Below, piece after piece: positions 1-6,232 of a stretch of DNA of 37,739 nt. Numbering within the stretch: the first letter of the stretch is position 1; the number at the start of each line of letters is the position of its first letter. The DNA comes from a virus (Duplodnaviria; Caudoviricetes): IMG/VR virus record IMGVR_UViG_3300032218_000726, positions 1 to 37,739 of that record. One strand, written 5' to 3'. Below the pieces are notes generated by a model. That model was not told where the DNA came from. It worked only from the letters and a program-made list of their open reading frames with translations, and ran no database searches. The translations under genes and the position numbers were made by a program.

Positions 1-1
1 C

Positions 2-310
2 CCTTGCGCTTATGCCAGTTCCCAATACTTCTTGAATGAACATATGCGTTGACGCGGTTGCATACCCACCGTTGCAAACGCGCACCTCTCCGTCAGGCAT
101 GAACGTCACCACGGGTGTTTTGTACAACACGCACTCGATCGCATCGTTGCCCGAATTCTTGCGTATGCTGTAATTGTCAGCATATCTCCGCTCGGCTAAT
201 GGGCGCAAGTCATTGCTACGCCCACGAATCGGCTTGGTTCTCTCCCACCACACATTTGCGTGGTGGTAGTTGTTCAGCGTTGGTACTGACTTAACTGTTC
301 GGTATCCCAT
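2..310 (-). CDS. Hypothetical phage protein, truncated at left edge (MGYRTVKSVPTLNNYHHANVWWERTKPIRGRS...)
   Basis: Hand-translated; ATG at 310 preceded by AAGGAGA; frame stays open to the window edge, so it is absent from the ORF track. Confidence 0.8.
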   Translation of the reverse strand, partial: MGYRTVKSVPTLNNYHHANVWWERTKPIRGRSNDLRPLAERRYADNYSIRKNSGNDAIECVLYKTPVVTFMPDGEVRVCNGGYATASTHMFIQEVLGTGISAR

Positions 311-311
311 C

Positions 312-470
312 TCATCTCTCCTTAAGTGCGTACACCTTGACTGTTTTCAGTGTCGGGTACAGGGTTATAAATCTATCCTTGGCCAGCTTCATTGTCTTAG
401 CCTCGATGCGCTCGGTGACCCAGTTGCCAAACCGTGCGCTCCATCCGGTCGCCATATACGTTCCTAACAT
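312..470 (-). CDS. Small hypothetical protein, 52 aa (MLGTYMATGWSARFGNWVTERIEAKTMKLAKDRF...)
   Basis: Hand-translated; AAAGG RBS upstream; fills the gap between neighbours; its 3' end contains the RBS of the next gene. Confidence 0.65.
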   Translation of the reverse strand: MLGTYMATGWSARFGNWVTERIEAKTMKLAKDRFITLYPTLKTVKVYALKER

Positions 471-477
471 TTGTTAC
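464..477. promoter_or_regulatory. 14-bp palindrome copy 1 (CTAACATTTGTTAC)
   Basis: Overlaps RBS spacer and ATG of 312..470 and the stop of 464..697. Confidence 0.65.
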
Positions 478-697
478 CTTTCATCTTCGAATAGTGGTCT
501 TCGAATAGTGGCTCGTTCGGCTTGTTGCCCAGCTTCGCCATTTGGACAAGCATTTCGTAGTCATCGCTCTGTTGCAGTTGCTTCCACAGCCTACCCTTGG
601 CTACCCTCTCGCGCTCGTACCACGCTCGGCCGCCCACGATCAGCAGTCCGCTTAGCACTCCGCGCAGTAATACATATGCTTTTTTACGGCTCGGCAT
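464..697 (-). CDS. Hypothetical protein with a short N-terminal hydrophobic segment (MPSRKKAYVLLRGVLSGLLIVGG...)
   Basis: Track ORF 464..781; more plausible start is the ATG at 697 after GAGGGGG. Confidence 0.6.
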   Translation of the reverse strand: MPSRKKAYVLLRGVLSGLLIVGGRAWYERERVAKGRLWKQLQQSDDYEMLVQMAKLGNKPNEPLFEDHYSKMKGNKC

Positions 698-875
698 GTC
701 GCCCCCTCTGGTATGAAAACACCTCCTCGATAGATTCCAAGTCCCAATTGGCGTCATTGTCTTCATGCTTGTCCAATTCAAGCCAAGCTATTTCTTCAGC
801 GGCCTCTTTGTTCTCAGCCTCCACCGAAACGGTGATGTAACTTGTGCGCTTCAGTTCTACGTTGTATGTTTTCAT
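684..875 (-). CDS. Small acidic phage protein (V-x-V-E-A-E-x-x-E-x-A pattern, DpnD/PcfM-like)
   Basis: AAGGAG RBS; ATGA overlap with upstream gene; family call from pattern only. Confidence 0.7.
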   Translation of the reverse strand: MKTYNVELKRTSYITVSVEAENKEAAEEIAWLELDKHEDNDANWDLESIEEVFSYQRGRHAEP

Positions 876-1261
876 GTCAGCTCCTTTGGTATATCGACTT
901 CATTGCCCAGCTTGCTGGCGACGTAGCACCGCATAGCGGCGATTAGTGGTGTGTCGCCCCACATTTCATCAGGCCCACTTCTGTCGTGGAAGGACGAGTC
1001 CTTCAGCGCCAACCATCCGTGATATTCACACGCACGAATGCAACGCTGTATGCAAACCTTCTCACGCTCAATGATCGGCCCAGCTTGTGCCCAGTCGGTT
1101 GAGGGCAAGTAAGACTGCGCCCACCCATAGCGCAGTGCTCGGTCTTTTCCGTCTAGCTTGACCCAGTACGTAGCCACCGTATCAAACCAAAAATCTGTTG
1201 CCCCTTCACACTTCGCCACCGCCCAATCAAGGGCTGCGCCTGTTAATTCTGATGTTTTCAT
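872..1261 (-). CDS. NinX/DUF2591-family phage protein
   Basis: Motifs ELTGAALDWAVAK, PSTDWAQAGPIIERE, PLIAAMRCYVASKLG. Confidence 0.8.
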   Translation of the reverse strand: MKTSELTGAALDWAVAKCEGATDFWFDTVATYWVKLDGKDRALRYGWAQSYLPSTDWAQAGPIIEREKVCIQRCIRACEYHGWLALKDSSFHDRSGPDEMWGDTPLIAAMRCYVASKLGNEVDIPKELT

Positions 1262-1470
1262 TTAAAGTCATCCTCATGTAGGGGCGGTAGCAAAGCTGCC
1301 TCTTGAATCATCCGAATTACGCCTCGCATGGTTTCGTATGTTTCAGAGCCAGTGCATGGGTTGGCATATCCGTACGGCTTGCCGTCCTCGTCGTAGTAAA
1401 CCTCTTGCAAGCAGTACCAATCCTCACCGCCGTTCTCCGACTTGGTGTTTACGATTCGATAGTTCCACAT
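1258..1470 (-). CDS. Small phage protein (MWNYRIV...LQEVYYDEDGKP)
   Basis: ATG at 1470 with GGAG RBS; overlaps the next start by 4 nt. Confidence 0.75.
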   Translation of the reverse strand: MWNYRIVNTKSENGGEDWYCLQEVYYDEDGKPYGYANPCTGSETYETMRGVIRMIQEAALLPPLHEDDFK

Positions 1471-1581
1471 GTTTATGGTCTCCAATAAAAAATGTCCAGT
1501 GCCGCAACAATGAGGCACAGCAAAAATACGCAACGCTCAAAGCGTTCCCAAGGTGTGAGTTTCATTCTGTTCTCCTGCGTG

Positions 1582-1767
1582 TTAGTCCACTGCCGTGTGC
1601 GTGATCTGCTCACCGCCCACTTCAACAAGAATGACCGTTATGTCGTACGACTTCTTGGCCTTGAACAAAGCAGCAGCTTTGATCTGCGCTTCATAACTTG
1701 TGTTAGCGTGTACCTCAATTTGCTTGCCTCGATACAGCGCAATATATCCGTTGGTAGGTGTAGTCAT
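1582..1767 (-). CDS. Small hypothetical phage protein
   Basis: AAGGAG RBS; co-oriented in the operon. Confidence 0.75.
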   Translation of the reverse strand: MTTPTNGYIALYRGKQIEVHANTSYEAQIKAAALFKAKKSYDITVILVEVGGEQITHTAVD

Positions 1768-1768
1768 T

Positions 1769-1978
1769 TCATTCTCCTTCGCTCAAGTCCATGTAGTCGT
1801 CCATCACATCGGTGAACTCAAAGTCCTCCGTTGCCTGTTGCAGTGCAAGTGCATCGCTGTCCTGCACAAAGAAAGACCGACCGCCTCGGTGGTTCTCGGT
1901 CACACGGTATGCCCACCCGTTGCCGTGGGACTGGACAAGGTAGCGGTGATCTAATGTTATGAATTCATTGGTTTTCAT
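1769..1978 (-). CDS. Small hypothetical protein (start 1978 or 2050 uncertain)
   Basis: Track ORF 1769..2050; internal ATG at 1978 (MKTNEF...). Confidence 0.6.
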   Translation of the reverse strand: MKTNEFITLDHRYLVQSHGNGWAYRVTENHRGGRSFFVQDSDALALQQATEDFEFTDVMDDYMDLSEGE

Positions 1979-2043
1979 GGTTTCTACTGCCTTTGCTATC
2001 GTTGTGGTTACTTGAGAATAGATTAGAGGGGTGAGGTTGTTTT

Positions 2044-2057
2044 CTAACAAATGTTAG
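2044..2057. promoter_or_regulatory. 14-bp palindrome copy 2 (CTAACAAATGTTAG)
   Basis: Spans the stop of 2054..2395. Confidence 0.7.
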
Positions 2058-2395
2058 CTTTGCTCCCCGCGTGTGTTCTTTTGGTTGGTGTTCTTGAGCA
2101 CGTTAAATGCCGACTCGGGTGTTACGTATTGGTAGTTACCCTTGCCGTATTCCATGACTACGCACCATGATGCACGTTCGACAGTAGCGGCATCTTCTCC
2201 GCAGAACAAGCACAGTCGGTAGCCCAGTGCCCAGCGTTCGATGTGAATGTCATCTCCGCACTCGCGGCACTCTCTCCAGTCGCGGTTGGTGCTTGTGGCC
2301 TCGATGTCGGTTAGCTCGACATAGGATATGAGGCCCGATGCGTATAGTTGCGCAAGGGTGATTGCGTCTTGGTTGTCTTGAGTGTTTTCTAACAT
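2054..2395 (-). CDS. C4 zinc-finger protein, TraR/DksA-like finger
   Basis: CRECGDDIHIERWALGYRLCLFC fits CxxCGxxIxxxR...CxxC; AAAGG RBS; first gene after a strong promoter. Confidence 0.65.
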   Translation of the reverse strand: MLENTQDNQDAITLAQLYASGLISYVELTDIEATSTNRDWRECRECGDDIHIERWALGYRLCLFCGEDAATVERASWCVVMEYGKGNYQYVTPESAFNVLKNTNQKNTRGEQS

Positions 2396-2402
2396 TTGTT
2401 AC
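2389..2402. promoter_or_regulatory. 14-bp palindrome copy 3 (CTAACATTTGTTAC)
   Basis: Overlaps the ATG of 2054..2395. Confidence 0.7.
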
Positions 2403-2451
2403 CTTTCGGGAATTAAGGGTTGTGCAGTAGGCGATTTCCCACTACATCTAT

Positions 2452-2480
2452 ATTGTACCACAATGTTATAAGTATGTCAA
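2452..2480 (-). promoter_or_regulatory. sigma70 promoter for early genes
   Basis: TTGACA (2480-2475), 17-bp spacer, TACAAT (2457-2452), with extended -10 TG. Confidence 0.85.
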
Positions 2481-2626
2481 GTGATTTGGCGATGTTTTGG
2501 CTTATGCGTAAGGGTTTGGTAAGTTACGTTTGTTGGCTTGTGTTTGGGTATTGTGTGGTACGGTGTGCTAGTTTGTGTGATTTTATTCTGTAACGCAAAT
2601 GAGAAATTGAACGGAAAACGTAACGC

Positions 2627-2641
2627 GCTAAGTTGTTGATT
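2627..2641. promoter_or_regulatory. IHF-consensus site (GCTAAGTTGTTGATT)
   Basis: TAAGTTGTTGATT is the reverse complement of WATCAANNNNTTR; identical 15-mer at 2814. Confidence 0.55.
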
Positions 2642-2813
2642 CGCCTAAAGAAAAAGAGAAAAAATGATGTAATGTTATAAAGTTAAAGAAAAATCAATAT
2701 ATATGAATGAGGCGCCAAAAATTGGTGTGGTACGAATTGCGCTTGGTGTCTTGCTCAGTGCTTGGAAGTTCGCCATGCATTTTTCAAAAAACACGTAACA
2801 TATAACATTGCAA

Positions 2814-2828
2814 GCTAAGTTGTTGATT
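2814..2828. promoter_or_regulatory. IHF-consensus site (GCTAAGTTGTTGATT)
   Basis: Second identical copy in the AT-rich non-coding region. Confidence 0.55.
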
Positions 2829-2921
2829 TTAAAGGAAAAACAGCATTTTGTATTTTGAACATTAGGGGTCTATTGTGTAACAATGCCACAATTGAGGCTA
2901 AATTCCGTAACAGCCTTGCTG

Positions 2922-3135
2922 CTTGGCTACCCCCGCACAGAGAACTGGTATGCCTATATCCTAACAACTGTTAGCCTTAGCTCTACTTTGGCACATGGTA
3001 CGTAGTATCTAAAGCACTCATTGAAGTACTACTCTTGGCTACCCCCGCACAGAGAACTGGTATGGCTGGAACGCCGTGAACTGTAATCTTCGGTGTCGGT
3101 TTGGTCGTTGGTACGTAGTATCTAAAGCACTCATT
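2922..3135. repeat. Interleaved direct repeats A (31 bp) and B (27 bp), two copies each
   Basis: A = CTTGGCTACCCCCGCACAGAGAACTGGTATG at 2922 and 3034; B = TGGTACGTAGTATCTAAAGCACTCATT at 2996 and 3109. Confidence 0.9.
2961..2974. promoter_or_regulatory. 14-bp palindrome copy 4 (CTAACAACTGTTAG)
   Basis: Non-coding; lies between repeat blocks A1 and B1. Confidence 0.65.
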
Positions 3136-3144
3136 TTCAGGCGC

Positions 3145-3181
3145 AAAAAAGCCCGGCCTAACATTTGTTAGAACCGGGCTT
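3145..3181 (-). terminator. Rho-independent terminator
   Basis: Minus strand AGCCCGGTTCTAAC-AAAT-GTTAGGCCGGGCT followed by a T run. Confidence 0.75.
3158..3171. promoter_or_regulatory. 14-bp palindrome copy 5 (CTAACATTTGTTAG)
   Basis: Forms the upper stem and loop of a terminator hairpin. Confidence 0.7.
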
Positions 3182-3184
3182 GAC

Positions 3185-3208
3185 AAAACCCCGGGTAAAC
3201 CCGGGGGT
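3185..3208 (-). terminator. Second hairpin/terminator just after the 3215 stop
   Basis: Minus strand CCCCGGGT-TT-ACCCGGGG-TTTT. Confidence 0.6.
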
Positions 3209-3214
3209 CAGGGG

Positions 3215-3715
3215 TTAGCCTAGCTTGTCGATCTCGCCGCCTAAGGCTTCGAAAATATCCATTAAAGCACCTTTATATTCGCTAGCTTCGCATGACTCGC
3301 CTGATTCTTCAGCCTTGAATATACGGTTGATAATGGTTTTCAACTCGGCAACGGTTTTGCCGTCAGTGTCTGATGCGCCCTTGACACGGTTACCAGCGGT
3401 AACGTACCCGCTAGCTTCCTTCACCCGTTGCCAATAAACATCAACCGTACCCTTACCAAAACCCGCCTCGGTCATATCGGCAACAAACAAGTCGCGTTCA
3501 GCCTTGACGCCTTTTTTGTCCTTACCCTTCAAGTCAAACCACGGTGTTATGGTTTTACCGTTGTCCAACTCACGCACGTTAAACACCATGCAAAGGGCAT
3601 CAGCGTACCCTTGAATGACTTCGCCCGTACCCTTAGCGGCTTTAACTAAATTGCGCCGCGCTGATGCAACAATACCGGAATCAATCGCGGTGGTGGTGAT
3701 AATAGTATTTTCCAT
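3215..3715 (-). CDS. Hypothetical phage protein (about 166 aa) with its own promoter and terminator
   Basis: ATG at 3715 (MENTIIT) with GGAG RBS; the track's TTG start at 3739 lies inside the palindrome. Confidence 0.8.
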   Translation of the reverse strand: MENTIITTTAIDSGIVASARRNLVKAAKGTGEVIQGYADALCMVFNVRELDNGKTITPWFDLKGKDKKGVKAERDLFVADMTEAGFGKGTVDVYWQRVKEASGYVTAGNRVKGASDTDGKTVAELKTIINRIFKAEESGESCEASEYKGALMDIFEALGGEIDKLG

Positions 3716-3732
3716 GATAGCTCCAACCTTTT

Positions 3733-3746
3733 CTAACAATTGTTAG
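3733..3746. promoter_or_regulatory. 14-bp palindrome copy 6 (CTAACAATTGTTAG, perfect)
   Basis: Between the promoter and RBS of 3215..3715. Confidence 0.7.
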
Positions 3747-3792
3747 TAACCGACTAACCGGATGCAACCGACCTTTTCGCTTGCATGGTTAG

Positions 3793-3821
3793 ATTGTACC
3801 ACAGAATAATCCCTAAATCAA
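3793..3821 (-). promoter_or_regulatory. sigma70 promoter
   Basis: TTGATT, 17 bp, TACAAT; shares TGTGGTACAAT with the 2452 promoter. Confidence 0.7.
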
Positions 3822-4043
3822 ATTTTTTGTAAACAATAAAACAAATATTTTATGGGGGGTATAGCTTCGAAAAAGCCCCTATAACCGCATAGCTAACCCC
3901 ACCCACCCAAAATATGGCAAAGGGGAGGTAGGGCCCCATCACACTGGGTTCCGCACCCTCGAACACCGCCCACCAACTTTCTATAACAACGCGGTACAAA
4001 ATACCCCCCGGGTACTAAAAATAAAGCTAGGGCCAAAAAATTT

Positions 4044-4072
4044 TTGCAAAAATTTAAAAATGATGTTACATT
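4044..4072 (+). promoter_or_regulatory. sigma70-like promoter for the packaging/structural operon
   Basis: TTGCAA, 17 bp, TACATT, with extended -10 TG. Confidence 0.55.
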
Positions 4073-4101
4073 TTTCCCATTCCCAATTTACTTTGGTGCC
4101 T

Positions 4102-4710
4102 ATGATTACTGTTGAACCTACTGCGGAATACCCTATTCCATTCGATTTAACCGACGAGCAGCCCAAGACGCACTCGGACGGGGTAGCTGTCGCTGTCAAT
4201 ACGATAGAACTGCTTGAGCAACTCGGCGGAAGTATCGACTTCGATGACAAAGACCTGCACAAAGCCAAGGCCCTGATCACTGGGGAGCAAAAACCCAACG
4301 CCCCCAAGCACCTTTCCTCGTCGGCAGAGGCAAAAGCTGCGCATTCTCTGATCAAACGCTTCGACTACAACGCCTTTGCGGATACTTTGCAAGCGCGAAA
4401 CTTCATTACGAACAAGCTGATCACGCTGGCTGACTGCGGCGACCCCAAGTTGGAGCTCAAGGCTTTGGAATTGCTGGGCAAACACAGTGATATTGGCTTG
4501 TTTACCGAGAGAAGCGAGATTACCGTCCACCACACAACGTCCACTGCGCTGGAAAACTCCATTAAAGATAGGATCAAGCGCCTGCTCAACTCAGATGTGA
4601 CAGATATAACGCCGCTGGACGACCTTGATGCGCAGCTTGGACCGGTTGAAGCGTTCAAACAGGTGGTTGAGGCGCAAGAAGTGCAAGAAGAAAAGAGTTT
4701 CGATGAGTGA
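4102..4710 (+). CDS. terS: Probable terminase small subunit
   Basis: Directly upstream of and overlapping TerL; LKALELLGKH motif typical of TerS; start 4102 chosen because 4060 lies inside the promoter. Confidence 0.65.
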   Translation: MITVEPTAEYPIPFDLTDEQPKTHSDGVAVAVNTIELLEQLGGSIDFDDKDLHKAKALITGEQKPNAPKHLSSSAEAKAAHSLIKRFDYNAFADTLQARNFITNKLITLADCGDPKLELKALELLGKHSDIGLFTERSEITVHHTTSTALENSIKDRIKRLLNSDVTDITPLDDLDAQLGPVEAFKQVVEAQEVQEEKSFDE

Positions 4711-6223
4711 AATCACTCTCAAAGACATTGAACAGCTGATTACGGCTGGAAAATTGTCCGAGAGTGACCTGCGCGTGCTCGAAGCGCAGCTGACTAAGCT
4801 GGAAAAACTTAAAGATCGGGAGCTTTCACAGACCAAGTTCATCAAGTTTGTGGAAAAGGTCTGGCCAACATTTATTTCGGGTGCACACCACAAGCGAATG
4901 GCCGAGGCGTTTGAAAGAGTGGCCAACGGAACGTGCAAAAGGCTGATCATTAACATGCCACCCCGGCATACGAAGTCTGAGTTTGCGTCCTACCTGCTTC
5001 CTGCTTGGTTTTTGGGCAAGTTCCCGCACAAGAAGGTTATTCAGGCGTCAAACACAGGTGAGTTGGCGGTAGGCTTTGGCCGTAAGGTGCGTAACTTGGT
5101 GGACACCGAGACCTACCACGAGATATTCCCACACTTGTCGCTCTCAACCGACTCTAAAGCAGCCGGACGGTGGAACACCAGCAAGGGCGGTGACTATTTT
5201 GCGATCGGTGTAGGCGGTACGGTGACGGGTAAGGGCGCTGATGTGCTCATTATTGACGACCCGCACTCTGAACAGGAAGCTGCTATGGCGGCGTCGAACC
5301 CCGACGTGTATGACAAAGTGTATGAGTGGTACACGTCAGGTCCGCGTCAGCGTTTGCAGCCGGGTGGGGCAATTGTCATTGTGATGACGCGTTGGGCGCA
5401 GAGAGATTTGACTGGCCAAGTGATTAAGTCAGCAGCGCAGCGTTCGGGGGAAGAGTGGGAAGTGATTGAGTTTCCCGCCATCCTGCCCAGTGGCAACCCG
5501 CTGTGGCCACAGTTTTGGGCTATCGAGGAGCTGGAAGCGCTGCGGGAAGAACTGCCAAACGCCAAGTGGCAGGCGCAATATCAGCAAAATCCGGTCGGGA
5601 ATGAAAGCGCCATAGTTAAAAGAGATTGGTGGCAGTGGTGGGAGGAGGACCGTCCGCCCGAGTGTGAGTACATTCTTCAGACATGGGACACCGCGTTTGA
5701 GAAACACCAACGGGCTGACTTTTCTGCGGGCACGACGTGGGGGGTGTTCACGTACCACAAGGACAACACCAAGAACATTATCTTGCTCAACACGTACAAG
5801 AAACGAGTTGAGTGGGTGGACCTGAAGAAAGATGTGCTTGCGGAGTACCGCGAGTACGAACCCGATGGGCTGTTGATCGAGAAAAAGGCAACTGGGGCTC
5901 CGTTGATCTACGAGCTTAGGGCGATGGGTATACCGGTCCAAGAATACACGCCAAGTAAGGGGCAAGACAAAATTGCCCGTTTGAACAGCGTTTCCGACAT
6001 AATTGCCAGTGGAAAAGTATGGGTTCCACGCACGCGCTGGGCGGAAGAGTTGGTTGATGAGATCGCTGCGTTCCCTTCTGGTGAACACGATGACTTGGTC
6101 GATGCGACTACTTTGGCCTTGATGAGATTTCGTCAAGGCGGGTTTTTACGCCTGCCAGCTGACGAGCCCGAGGAAATTCAATGGTTTAAGAGCCCCCGTA
6201 GGGATCGGTTCTACACAGTCTAA
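4703..6223 (+). CDS. terL: Terminase large subunit
   Basis: Walker A-like MPPRHTKS, Walker B VLIIDDP, MTRW coupling motif, nuclease acidic motifs WDTA and HDDLVD. Confidence 0.95.
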   Translation: MSEITLKDIEQLITAGKLSESDLRVLEAQLTKLEKLKDRELSQTKFIKFVEKVWPTFISGAHHKRMAEAFERVANGTCKRLIINMPPRHTKSEFASYLLPAWFLGKFPHKKVIQASNTGELAVGFGRKVRNLVDTETYHEIFPHLSLSTDSKAAGRWNTSKGGDYFAIGVGGTVTGKGADVLIIDDPHSEQEAAMAASNPDVYDKVYEWYTSGPRQRLQPGGAIVIVMTRWAQRDLTGQVIKSAAQRSGEEWEVIEFPAILPSGNPLWPQFWAIEELEALREELPNAKWQAQYQQNPVGNESAIVKRDWWQWWEEDRPPECEYILQTWDTAFEKHQRADFSAGTTWGVFTYHKDNTKNIILLNTYKKRVEWVDLKKDVLAEYREYEPDGLLIEKKATGAPLIYELRAMGIPVQEYTPSKGQDKIARLNSVSDIIASGKVWVPRTRWAEELVDEIAAFPSGEHDDLVDATTLALMRFRQGGFLRLPADEPEEIQWFKSPRRDRFYTV

Positions 6224-6232
6224 GGACATATC

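Noticed and set aside
270-1954. Plus-strand ORFs in the early region (337..840, 1492..1815, 1700..1954 etc.)
   Set aside because: They overlap minus-strand genes that have clear RBSs and operon packing.
2922-3135. CRISPR array
   Set aside because: Two different repeats alternate, only two copies each, and no cas genes; kept as an unexplained repeat instead.
2983-3186. 67-aa minus-strand ORF
   Set aside because: It starts within terminator hairpins, has no RBS, and runs through the non-coding repeats.
4625-4702. Extended N-termini in the ORF track (TerL 4625; likewise 8945, 12821, 20208)
   Set aside because: Downstream ATGs (4703, 8969, 12863, 20325) fit RBS position or gene overlap better.
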